A program made the translations under genes and the position numbers. Under the pieces are notes generated by a model. It was given only the letters and a program-made list of their open reading frames with translations, did no database searches and had not been told where the DNA came from. Below are positions 18,758-27,096 of a DNA stretch of 64,000 nucleotides, in pieces (the first letter of the stretch is position 1; every line of letters begins with the position of its first letter). This stretch comes from Candidatus Parcubacteria bacterium (GTDB lineage: Bacteria > Patescibacteriota > Minisyncoccia > Phycocordibacterales > Zambryskibacteraceae). Location of the stretch: assembly GCA_019661865.1 (NCBI GenBank), contig JAIFWJ010000001.1, positions 43,290 to 107,289 on the forward strand, given 5' to 3'.

Positions 18758-19282
18758 ATGGCAACAACAATAGTAGGCGTTTTCGACAACCGAGTATCTG
18801 CCGACAGCGCGATAAATGAACTTCGTTCTATAGGGATTCCTGATGCAGAAATTTCTTACATGTACGCTGCACCCGAGGGAGATATAAAAGCTACTCACTC
18901 CACCGGTGAGCGTATGGGTACTCGCGCTGCAAGCGGTGCAGGTACGGGAGCAATCTTGGGTGCCATCGCTGGCTTCGTCGTGGCGAACGGCATCTTACCA
19001 GGACTCGGCACACTCTTCGTGGCCGGACCACTCGCTGCAGCACTTGGACTGACCGGAGTGGCGGCTACCACAGCGGCTGGAGCTCTGACCGGAGCAGCAG
19101 CTGGAGGAATCATTGGAGCATTAAGTGGTCTGGGAGTAAGTGAGTCAGATGCGCGCATGTATGAAGAGCGAGTTAGACGTGGAGGCATACTCTTAGTGGT
19201 GAACTCTGTGGCTGCTAACGCCGCCCGCGAGATTATGAAGAAGTTCGGAGCAGAAGAAATCAGAGAATACAGCGCTGCCTAA
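18758..19282 (+). CDS. General stress protein, YflT-domain with a Gly/Ala-rich membrane-like segment
   Basis: N-terminal VGVFDNRVSADSAINELRSIGIPDAEI (YflT-like) and C-terminal ...MYEERVRRGGILLVV. Confidence 0.6.
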   Translation: MATTIVGVFDNRVSADSAINELRSIGIPDAEISYMYAAPEGDIKATHSTGERMGTRAASGAGTGAILGAIAGFVVANGILPGLGTLFVAGPLAAALGLTGVAATTAAGALTGAAAGGIIGALSGLGVSESDARMYEERVRRGGILLVVNSVAANAAREIMKKFGAEEIREYSAA

Positions 19283-19390
19283 CGAAATCTTAAGAAATAT
19301 AGTGCTCTTTAAGTCTAGTAAGAGTCGAAGTGAGGCAGACGTCTCAGCATAAGTGGGGGCACCCACACATTATTCATTAATTACACTAAC

Positions 19391-19561
19391 ATGGCTCAAG
19401 ACAACACAGGTGGTGGAAGGGGATTTGCTTCTATGAGTGAGGAAGAGCGCCGTGAGGCGGCTAGGAAGGGTGGCAAGGCTTCACACGAGAATCGTAGTGG
19501 GAATCGTGATGGTGGCGACAACTCTGACAATAGTGGCAACCAAGGTGGTGAAAACAGGTAA
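19391..19561 (+). CDS. KGG-repeat stress-induced protein (YciG/con-10 family), 56 aa; absent from the supplied ORF track
   Basis: MAQDNTGGGRGFASMSEEERREAARKGGKASHENRSGNRDGGDNSDNSGNQGGENR: GFASM...KGGKASH is the KGG motif; followed by a terminator. Confidence 0.7.
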   Translation: MAQDNTGGGRGFASMSEEERREAARKGGKASHENRSGNRDGGDNSDNSGNQGGENR

Positions 19562-19604
19562 GTTGAAACTCGTGTGGGGGCAAACAATAAAGAGGCTCTC
19601 TTTT

Positions 19605-19637
19605 CCTGGAGACTATAAAATGGTTCTCCAGGTTTTG
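19605..19637 (+). terminator. Intrinsic terminator
   Basis: cctggaga...tctccagg followed by TTTT. Confidence 0.5.
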
Positions 19638-19646
19638 TGCGTATGC

Positions 19647-19674
19647 TTGAATGTTTAAATAGGCTATCTATAAT
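19647..19674 (+). promoter_or_regulatory. sigma70-like promoter (TTGAAT-16-TATAAT)
   Basis: ttgaat 19647-52 and tataat 19669-74. Confidence 0.4.
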
Positions 19675-19694
19675 AGGGGATACTAAATTAAAGT

Positions 19695-20297
19695 ATGCCC
19701 AAAGTACCTTCAAAAGTGTTAGAGAGAGTAGTAGTCGATGAGTCGATTGCGGCGCCAGTAGTGGAGCCGATTTTTATTGCCAAGCCGGGTAGAACCCTCG
19801 AATGGTTCGGTGGTGTGAGCTATGAAAACTTGGAAAGTAAGCTCTCGAGTATAAAGAAGTTGTTAATAGATGATTCGCTTGAGGAGATTCATCTTTTCGT
19901 AAACTCTTTCGGTGGTACTACCGGAATAGGGATGAGTTTTTATGATGCTATGCACTCTATGTATAAACCGAACTTGGTGACCATCGGCTCTGGGGATGTG
20001 GATTCATCGGGGATTATTGTTTTTCTATCTGGGAAAAAGAGGTTTATGACCAGGAATACTACCATGCTCTTCCATCTTGCTGGCAGAACCTTCGGTTATG
20101 ATAGACGCTTCACAACTATAGATATGGAAAACATGCTTCGTGAGGACAGACTGAAGGATTTTCAATATGCATCTGTTGTTTCTGAGGCTACTGGGGGAAA
20201 GCTTTCTACAGAGCGTGTTCTCGACATGATGATGAAGAACACCATCCTAACTCCAGAAGAAGCAGTCCAAATGGGCATCGCCCACAAGGTGCTATAA
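19695..20297 (+). CDS. ClpP-family (S14) serine peptidase-like protein
   Basis: Aligns by eye to ClpP: VNSFGG~INSPGG, ...KRFMTRNTTMLFHLA~KRFCLPNSRVMIHQP; no clpX/clpA partner nearby. Confidence 0.7.
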   Translation: MPKVPSKVLERVVVDESIAAPVVEPIFIAKPGRTLEWFGGVSYENLESKLSSIKKLLIDDSLEEIHLFVNSFGGTTGIGMSFYDAMHSMYKPNLVTIGSGDVDSSGIIVFLSGKKRFMTRNTTMLFHLAGRTFGYDRRFTTIDMENMLREDRLKDFQYASVVSEATGGKLSTERVLDMMMKNTILTPEEAVQMGIAHKVL

Positions 20298-20304
20298 TTC
20301 GGAA

Positions 20305-21411
20305 ATGAAGAAGTTTGTCCTCATTTTATTTTTTCTAGCACCAGCTTTCTCTCATGCCACAGTCATTACCAAGCCTTTTGAAGTTTCTGGCTGGATTCCT
20401 TACTGGAGATCGGCTACTGGGACCCAAGAGGCATTAGGACATCTGGACGCATTCACCGAGATTGATCCGTTCGTATATACCGTGAAGGCTGATGGGACAC
20501 TTTATGATGCGGGTGGCATGGATACTGACCCTTGGACAAGTTTCGTCAGGACAGCCCAGTCGAAAAATGTCAGGGTGATCCCCACGATCATGTCCGGAAG
20601 TGGAGAGCATATGGATGCCATACTTACGAGTAAGACTCTTAGAGATGCTCATATCCAAGCTATAGTACAAATGGTTTACTCCCACAACTTCGACGGAGTA
20701 GACATCGATTATGAAGCTAGAAGTCCCTCTACCTCTCCGTACTATTCCATATTTCTCAGAGATTTATATAAAGCTATAGGCAACAAGTGGGTGATGTGCA
20801 CCATAGAAGCTCGCACACCTAAGGACTCGTTAGCAAGAGACCCAAGTATTCCTAACTCTAATGATGATTATAAGGAGCTTAACAAGTACTGCGACAGAGT
20901 GCGTATCATGACCTACGACCAGAGAGTGGTGGACAAGAAGCTCGCGGCAGAGACTTCTGATCCGTACTCTCCTGTGGCTGACCCCAAATGGGTTGAGAAG
21001 GTTATGAAGCTTGCTCTCCAGTATTTTCCCAAGAAGAAGCTTATGCTTGGTATAGCTACTTATGGATACGAGTACGAAGTTACTCCACTGGTGGAAGGTT
21101 ACAAGTACAAACTTCTCTGGGCATTTAATCCACGCTACGCTCTCGACTTCGCCAACACTTCTGGAGTACCAGTTTATAGGAATGCTGCTGGAGAACTCTC
21201 GCTAATATATAGACCAGGAACAGATGGTATACCACCAGTTGCAAACATCTTAGTCGCCCTTCACAGTCCAAGCTTCAGACTGATGTGGTGGTCTGATGCC
21301 CAAGCTATACAAGACAAGGTGGCGCTAGCCAAGAAGCTTGGCATAAGAGGAGTATCTATATTTAAGATAGATGGGGGAGCAGACCCCGGGATGTGGAATG
21401 TATTAGAATAA
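20305..21411 (+). CDS. Glycoside hydrolase family 18 (chitinase-like), secreted
   Basis: Signal peptide; FDGVDIDYE catalytic DxDxE motif. Confidence 0.8.
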   Translation: MKKFVLILFFLAPAFSHATVITKPFEVSGWIPYWRSATGTQEALGHLDAFTEIDPFVYTVKADGTLYDAGGMDTDPWTSFVRTAQSKNVRVIPTIMSGSGEHMDAILTSKTLRDAHIQAIVQMVYSHNFDGVDIDYEARSPSTSPYYSIFLRDLYKAIGNKWVMCTIEARTPKDSLARDPSIPNSNDDYKELNKYCDRVRIMTYDQRVVDKKLAAETSDPYSPVADPKWVEKVMKLALQYFPKKKLMLGIATYGYEYEVTPLVEGYKYKLLWAFNPRYALDFANTSGVPVYRNAAGELSLIYRPGTDGIPPVANILVALHSPSFRLMWWSDAQAIQDKVALAKKLGIRGVSIFKIDGGADPGMWNVLE

Positions 21412-21415
21412 AAGA

Positions 21416-21976
21416 ATGAATATATTTAGAAAATCTTTCCCGTTACTTGTAGCTGTGACGTTTGTATTTTTAGGAATATTCGGTGCAATGCAGCAGAGTA
21501 GCAGAAGTTCCGCTAATGATCCTCAAGTAGCTCTGGCCGAGGATGCAGCCAATTACATAGATAACGGAGCTCCACTCCAGTCGTTCTCCCAAGATTCGAA
21601 GACTGAGGTAAGTCAGAGTCTCTCTCCATTTATAATTATTTACGACATCAAGGGTAATCAGATAATGAGTACCGCTCTCCTAAACGGGAAAGACTTCAAT
21701 GTGCCGAAGGGCGTCTTAGAAAGTGTAAAGAATAGAGAAAGCAGAGTGACATGGCAGCCTTCACCAGATGTGCGCATAGCGGCAGTAATAGTGGAAACAG
21801 AGAAAAGCCCAAATGGTGCTACGTATGTACTAGCTGGGAGGTCTCTAAGAGAAGTGGAAGCTAGGATTCACCATATAGGACTTGAGCTTCTATCCGGCTG
21901 GGTAGTTACTATTTTCCTCACTTTGACCTCAGTTTGGTTGGCCTGGAGAAGGAGTTCGGAACCCTTTACAAGCTGA
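21416..21976 (+). CDS. Secreted hypothetical protein with a C-terminal TM
   Basis: Signal peptide and a C-terminal hydrophobic helix. Confidence 0.4.
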   Translation: MNIFRKSFPLLVAVTFVFLGIFGAMQQSSRSSANDPQVALAEDAANYIDNGAPLQSFSQDSKTEVSQSLSPFIIIYDIKGNQIMSTALLNGKDFNVPKGVLESVKNRESRVTWQPSPDVRIAAVIVETEKSPNGATYVLAGRSLREVEARIHHIGLELLSGWVVTIFLTLTSVWLAWRRSSEPFTS

Positions 21977-22005
21977 ATGCTTTCCTAGATACTAGTGGGG
22001 TCATC

Positions 22006-22407
22006 ATGAATCCGCGAATATCCATAATTACCTTGGGTGTCAAGGATCTTAGTGTCTCCACGGACTTCTATCAGAGGATGAAGTTTACTCTAAGTCCTTA
22101 CTCTCAGAAGGGGGCCATATCCTTCTTCGAATCTAAATATACTTGGCTTGCCCTATTCCCTAAGGATAAACTTGCAGAAGATGCTAGTGTCTCTGGCGAG
22201 GGGACAGGCTTTAACGGATTCTCACTCGCTCAGAATGTTGCTAATAAAGAAGAGGTAGATAGGGTTCTAGAACTTGCCCGGGCAGAGGGAGCCAAGATCA
22301 CTAAGTCTCCTATGGAGACTGACTGGGGAGGGTACTCAGGATACTTCGCTGACCCAGACGGATACCTCTGGGAGATTGCATACAATCCATTTTTTAAGTT
22401 CGATTAG
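22006..22407 (+). CDS. VOC (glyoxalase/bleomycin-resistance) family protein
   Basis: MNPRISIITLGVKDLSVSTDFY...; the start is moved to Met25 of the listed ORF to avoid overlap. Confidence 0.7.
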   Translation: MNPRISIITLGVKDLSVSTDFYQRMKFTLSPYSQKGAISFFESKYTWLALFPKDKLAEDASVSGEGTGFNGFSLAQNVANKEEVDRVLELARAEGAKITKSPMETDWGGYSGYFADPDGYLWEIAYNPFFKFD

Positions 22408-22450
22408 TGTTATAATATAAATAATTAATAGCTAAAATACATAAATTACG

Positions 22451-22690
22451 ATGGGATACAACATTATGTATGGGTATGGCAGACCGGAGCACTTCTTGGG
22501 CGGAATACTGGAACTAGTCTTCTGGGTGCTTATAGTTGTCATTATCCTTAAACTTCTTAGACGCAGGAAGATGGGTGGTTGGGGCCGTTGGGGTGGTAGT
22601 TCAGCCATGAACCTCTTGGAAGAACGATATGTTAAAGGAGAGATAGGTAAAGAAGAATTCGAACAGAAGAAAAAAGATTTAATGAGTTAA
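22451..22690 (+). CDS. SHOCT-domain membrane protein
   Basis: TM then LLEERYVKGEIGKEEFEQKKKDL, the SHOCT motif. Confidence 0.6.
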   Translation: MGYNIMYGYGRPEHFLGGILELVFWVLIVVIILKLLRRRKMGGWGRWGGSSAMNLLEERYVKGEIGKEEFEQKKKDLMS

Positions 22691-22694
22691 AGAA

Positions 22695-22719
22695 AGCCCC
22701 GCACTTGCGGGGTTTTTCG
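22695..22719 (+). terminator. Intrinsic terminator
   Basis: ccccgca-ct-tgcgggg followed by TTTTT. Confidence 0.6.
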
Positions 22720-22752
22720 TAAGAAATATAAAAGGCGGGCGTTCTTAGATAT

Positions 22753-22992
22753 ATGGGTAAGGAAGTGAAAGCAGTAATTGGGGCTACGATGTTTCTAATT
22801 TCAGTAGTGTTCATGATGCTTGTCACACAGCTGTATCGTAATACTCAAGTGGTTAAAGAAGAAAGTGGAGACATTTACTGCACAGCTGAGGTTAGAGTGT
22901 GTCCGAATGGTTCGCGTGTAAGTCGAGTGCCACCTATGTGTGACTTCAAGATGTGCCCCAATGCTAGCCCATCTTCATTAAGTAGTATTTAA
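22753..22992 (+). CDS. Small secreted Cys-rich protein
   Basis: 79 aa, TM/signal plus 6 Cys. Confidence 0.3.
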   Translation: MGKEVKAVIGATMFLISVVFMMLVTQLYRNTQVVKEESGDIYCTAEVRVCPNGSRVSRVPPMCDFKMCPNASPSSLSSI

Positions 22993-23001
22993 ATTAAATA
23001 T

Positions 23002-23193
23002 ATGCCAACAAAAACTCGAAAGTATAGTAAATCTAGCCAGAGGAAGGTTAAGAAAGTAATGCACGAGTATAAGGAGGGAAAGCTTAAGATAGGAAGGAGT
23101 AGAAAGAAGGTTCGAAGCAGAAGACAAGCCGTAGCCATAGGACTCTCAGAGGCACGTCGTTCTGGAGCTAGGGTTCCTCGCAGAAGCTCATAG
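23002..23193 (+). CDS. Small highly basic protein
   Basis: 63 aa, Lys/Arg-rich, ...RRQAVAIGLSEARRSGARVP. Confidence 0.4.
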   Translation: MPTKTRKYSKSSQRKVKKVMHEYKEGKLKIGRSRKKVRSRRQAVAIGLSEARRSGARVPRRSS

Positions 23194-23225
23194 AAGATCA
23201 TAGAAGCTAATGTTAAGATAGCTTA

Positions 23226-23762
23226 ATGTCTGCCGACCTTATAAACCGACTAGCTGGAATCTTCACTGTGGTAAGTTTAGTAGTTCTAGCTCTCTGTCTC
23301 TTCTCCTTCTTTCTCTATAGACGAGAGAAGAATCCAGTAATAAAATTTATAGAAAGAAGGGGAGTGGTAGTAGTATTTTCGCTCTCTCTACTTGGGCTGG
23401 TCGGAAGTCTCGTCTACTCTCTAGGGGTTGGATATGCACCGTGTGACCTGTGCTGGTATCAAAGGATCTTTATGTACCCTCTGGTCTTTCTGTTCGGATT
23501 CGATCTTTTAAAGAAGAGAAGCGCCGCACTTCCATATGGACTACTCTTGTCAATTGTCGGATTTTCTATTGCACTGTATCACACCATACTTCAGTCGAGC
23601 ATTGGGGGAAGTCTGCCATGTCCAGCCACTGGTGTCTCATGTGCTCAGAGATTTGTCTTTGAGTTCGGGTTCGTAACCATACCTCTTATGTCTCTTACCA
23701 TATTTTCTTTGATCCTTATGGTACTTTTAGTTCTCTATTTTAATTCTAGGAAGAGGGTATAA
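23226..23762 (+). CDS. Disulfide bond formation protein B (BdbC/DsbB family)
   Basis: 4 TM; the first Cys pair CDLCWYQRIFMYPL resembles BdbC, and there is a second Cys pair (C...C) in loop 2. Confidence 0.6.
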   Translation: MSADLINRLAGIFTVVSLVVLALCLFSFFLYRREKNPVIKFIERRGVVVVFSLSLLGLVGSLVYSLGVGYAPCDLCWYQRIFMYPLVFLFGFDLLKKRSAALPYGLLLSIVGFSIALYHTILQSSIGGSLPCPATGVSCAQRFVFEFGFVTIPLMSLTIFSLILMVLLVLYFNSRKRV

Positions 23763-23892
23763 ATAAAAACGAAATTTAATTTCTAATTAAAGTGATGTAA
23801 GAAGTTTGGACAACTAGCGTCTTGGGATTTATGACCTCCTCACTACATTCTACTTGGGGGTCGAAGTGTTAATTAAAAACTAAACTAATCTT

Positions 23893-24516
23893 ATGAAATA
23901 CACGATTCCTCTAGTGTCATTAGGATTAGGAATTCTTCTTCTCATTTTCTTTGCTCCCAATGCTCAGAGCACAGTAAATGCAGAAGACATGAAGGTGAAC
24001 ATGGTAAGTGTCACCAGAGCTGACATAGAAGGTAGTGACGATGAGACACCGGTAGTCCTCGTCAGCGCCAAGAATGTTGCCACACTCGATGATCTCCACG
24101 CATATGCTCTAACTGCGCTTAAAGCAGACCAGAAATTGAACTCCATGGTCTTTTACGATGGAGAAGTCAGTGTGACCTACCCAGCACACGGAAGAGCTCT
24201 TGGACTGGTACCGGTGGATATCCAAGTGGAAGCTACTGTAGATTCCCAAGGCAATATAAGCATTAAGTATCCATGGTATCGCTTCAGCATTTCTGCTGAA
24301 ACGGGTAATCTTGAGACCAACCTTAAATCCGAGATCCAGGATGCCACACTGGGTATTGGCTCAGAAGACGCTGGAGCACCTTCGCATATGGCAGCACTTG
24401 CATCAAGAGTATACTCAGTCCTCAGAAAGAATTTTGAATCAGTCGAATCATCTAATGGTTCAGATAGTAGTGTAAGTCCGAGCCCAGTTCAAAATGCTAC
24501 TCTTCAAGTCGAGTAA
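23893..24516 (+). CDS. Secreted hypothetical protein
   Basis: Signal peptide; no motif. Confidence 0.45.
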   Translation: MKYTIPLVSLGLGILLLIFFAPNAQSTVNAEDMKVNMVSVTRADIEGSDDETPVVLVSAKNVATLDDLHAYALTALKADQKLNSMVFYDGEVSVTYPAHGRALGLVPVDIQVEATVDSQGNISIKYPWYRFSISAETGNLETNLKSEIQDATLGIGSEDAGAPSHMAALASRVYSVLRKNFESVESSNGSDSSVSPSPVQNATLQVE

Positions 24517-24758
24517 GAATTCCGTAGAACTTTTCAAGATCCAGACTTTATGGTGTGTGGATAACATATGCTTGTGTTTTATAGATTGTTACCATAATAT
24601 AATTAACAAAGAGGGTCCGGGGTCTCCATAACACCCATGAATCCATTCACCACACTGGTGTTTGTCTGTCTCGTAGAGAAATAGTATTACGTATGGTGTG
24701 TATTATTGGTTGTATTATTAGTCCCCGTAAGGAACTTACCTCTAACACGTCTCACCCA

Positions 24759-25277
24759 ATGGAAACGCAACCTGTCGAAGCAAGATTCGCAGAGATTTAT
24801 AAAACTGAAGTGGATTCTGTATTCCGCTTCTGCCTTTTACGCACCTCTGATCACGAGTTGGCATTAGATCTAACTCAGGATACCTTTATGCGTTTCTGGA
24901 ATTCGCTATGTCAAGAGAAGATTGTGAAGAACTCACGAGCTTTTCTGTTCGCCATAGCTAGAAACCTCATCATAGACTGGTACAGAAGGAAGAAGGCTAT
25001 TTCCCTCGAATCGCTCCTCTTCGAAGGCGCGGAGGATAAAAATGACTTACTGGCCTCTGCCTCTAAGGTTGAAATAGATGCAGAAGCGAGTTATCTTTTA
25101 AAGAAGATCGCTGAGCTTGATCCTCTCTACAGAGAAGCGGTCTATCTCAGATGTGTCGAGGAGTTAAAGCCCCGGGAGATAGCTGAGGTACTCTCCGAGT
25201 CAGCCAATGTTATCTCAGTACGTATAAACCGCGGATTAAGCCAGCTCCGTAAGCTCTTACACTACGAAAATACATGA
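24759..25277 (+). CDS. ECF-subfamily RNA polymerase sigma-70 factor
   Basis: Region 2 (FRFCLL...DLTQDTFMRFW, ARNLIIDWYRRKK) and region 4 (REAVYLRCVEELKPREIAEVL...RINRGL). Confidence 0.85.
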   Translation: METQPVEARFAEIYKTEVDSVFRFCLLRTSDHELALDLTQDTFMRFWNSLCQEKIVKNSRAFLFAIARNLIIDWYRRKKAISLESLLFEGAEDKNDLLASASKVEIDAEASYLLKKIAELDPLYREAVYLRCVEELKPREIAEVLSESANVISVRINRGLSQLRKLLHYENT

Positions 25278-25447
25278 TAAACGATGATTGTCCCAGTGGT
25301 CTCGGATCCATCCGCAAGGTGCGTCTTCCCGAAGATCTAAAGGAGAAAATATACAATAGAATAATGGCCCAAGAAATTTCCGAAAGGAAGGCTTTTTCGT
25401 TTTGGAGGGTAAATTTAGAAAAACTGATTTCTATTTTGAAAGACTAA
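25274..25447 (+). CDS. Small ORF translationally coupled (ATGA overlap) to the ECF sigma gene; anti-sigma candidate
   Basis: ATG overlaps the sigma TGA stop; 57 aa (MINDDCPSGLGSIRKV...); no TM or Zn motif. Confidence 0.3.
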   Translation: MINDDCPSGLGSIRKVRLPEDLKEKIYNRIMAQEISERKAFSFWRVNLEKLISILKD

Positions 25448-26120
25448 GATCTTTAATCAGATTATCGATAGGATCCCAGAGACCATTTCCATCTGTATCT
25501 CTGTTAGTGGGATCAGTTTTAATACAAGTTGTTGGAGCTCCCACATATGCGCATGTTTCTATTTCATTGTCTAATGTGTCACTGTCAGTATCCCGAGTTA
25601 TGAAGTCAAGGCGTGCCATGGTGTTTTGGTCGGTATCTCGCTTCATAGTGAAGGTAGCCGAATTCTGCTCGAATGTAATGAGCTTCAGATCTCGACCGCT
25701 CCGGACAAAGTATATGAGGCTCCGCACCTTGGCCTTGACTAGGTCTGTCTCCTCGATTTTGTATTCGGTGGTGAGTATCGTCTGGCGAGAGTCATTTAAA
25801 ATATTTGTAAAGTCTAACTTTTTGAGACTGGAGCCCTCCTTGTAAGCCTCGTCCATTCTCTTAAAGCAGTCTGTGGTGCTAGCACTGTTCTCACATGTAG
25901 GTGAGGTCCTATATAGGGTAGAGGACAGAGTTTTCTGATCGTGGTTCTTGGCAGCTATCAGGTATTTCTGGAAGACTCCCCAAGCCTCTTCTCTGGCCTC
26001 CAGAGGAGTCTGGATAATTTCGGGAGCGCTATGCCTAAACTTATAAAACAGGAATCCTGATATTGCTAAGATGAGTATTATGATGATATAACCTGCTTGC
26101 TTCATGCGTCTATTATACAT
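25431..26120 (-). CDS. Membrane-anchored protein with C-terminal thrombospondin type-3-like Ca-binding repeats
   Basis: N-terminal TM; DTDSDTLDNE and DTDGNGLWD repeats. Confidence 0.5.
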   Translation of the reverse strand: MYNRRMKQAGYIIIILILAISGFLFYKFRHSAPEIIQTPLEAREEAWGVFQKYLIAAKNHDQKTLSSTLYRTSPTCENSASTTDCFKRMDEAYKEGSSLKKLDFTNILNDSRQTILTTEYKIEETDLVKAKVRSLIYFVRSGRDLKLITFEQNSATFTMKRDTDQNTMARLDFITRDTDSDTLDNEIETCAYVGAPTTCIKTDPTNRDTDGNGLWDPIDNLIKDLSLSK

Positions 26121-26162
26121 ATTAGAGGTGTGAGATAATAAGCAACACTAATAATAAAAATC

Positions 26163-26675
26163 ATGAAAAGCCTAATCACCTGGATACTCATTATCGTCGT
26201 GCTTGTGGGAGGATGGTATTTATATAAGCGTAATGAAAGTCCCACTCCACTCCCCAATACCACAGACAATACCGGCACGAATTCGACTGATAATGGAAAT
26301 AGTTCTTCCACTCCAAGTACAGTAACTCGCTCTGTCGGAAGTCCAGCTACAGCTAACGACATTGTGGTCACAACTCCCAAGCAGGGGGATAGCATAATTT
26401 CCCCTATAACAGTGACAGGTAAAGCTCGAGGTACTTGGTACTTCGAGGCTAGTGCTCCGGTGGTTATTATAGACACCACAGGTGCCACTTTAGGACAAGG
26501 TACTATACAAGCCCAAAGTGACTGGATGACAACGGACTTCGTACCCTTTAAAGGCACCATTAACTTCACTCATGCTACAGGTACTGTGGCTGGTGCATTG
26601 GTCTTCTTAAATGATAACCCTTCCGGACAAGCCTCAACTTCTAAGTATTTAGTTGTCCCAATATTTTTCAAGTAG
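26163..26675 (+). CDS. Gmad2 immunoglobulin-like domain protein, secreted
   Basis: ISPITVTGKARGTWYFEASAPVVIIDTTGATLGQGTIQAQSDWMTTDFVPF resembles the Gmad2 consensus. Confidence 0.6.
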   Translation: MKSLITWILIIVVLVGGWYLYKRNESPTPLPNTTDNTGTNSTDNGNSSSTPSTVTRSVGSPATANDIVVTTPKQGDSIISPITVTGKARGTWYFEASAPVVIIDTTGATLGQGTIQAQSDWMTTDFVPFKGTINFTHATGTVAGALVFLNDNPSGQASTSKYLVVPIFFK

Positions 26676-26707
26676 CACAAAGATCCAAAAGAATATATCC
26701 TGGTTAT

Positions 26708-27085
26708 ATGAGAATCATAAAATGGTTTGATCGACTCGAGGACCAAGTCAGGCATCACTTAAGCGGCTACCCACAACTTTATGCATTTATCGCTGGTGTG
26801 TCGGTGGTGCTTTTCTGGAGAGGAGTTTGGCACTTGGCAGATGACTACGATGTGGGCTCTCTCACTTCTATCATAGTAAGCATAATCCTCATGCTTCTTA
26901 CGGGAACCTTCGTATCCTTTTTCTTGGGTACTAGACTTCTTGTGTCAGGACTTAGAGATGAAAAGAGAATCGACGAAAAGACGCGCGACGAGATTCGTCT
27001 AGAAGAAGATGAAGTGGAAAGACTCCGACACGTCATAAAAGAAATCAAGCACGACCTGGAGGAGATCAAGTCACACTTGCATTAA
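26708..27085 (+). CDS. Membrane protein, hypothetical
   Basis: 2 TM and a charged coiled C-terminus. Confidence 0.45.
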   Translation: MRIIKWFDRLEDQVRHHLSGYPQLYAFIAGVSVVLFWRGVWHLADDYDVGSLTSIIVSIILMLLTGTFVSFFLGTRLLVSGLRDEKRIDEKTRDEIRLEEDEVERLRHVIKEIKHDLEEIKSHLH

Positions 27086-27096
27086 GCTTGGTGTAG

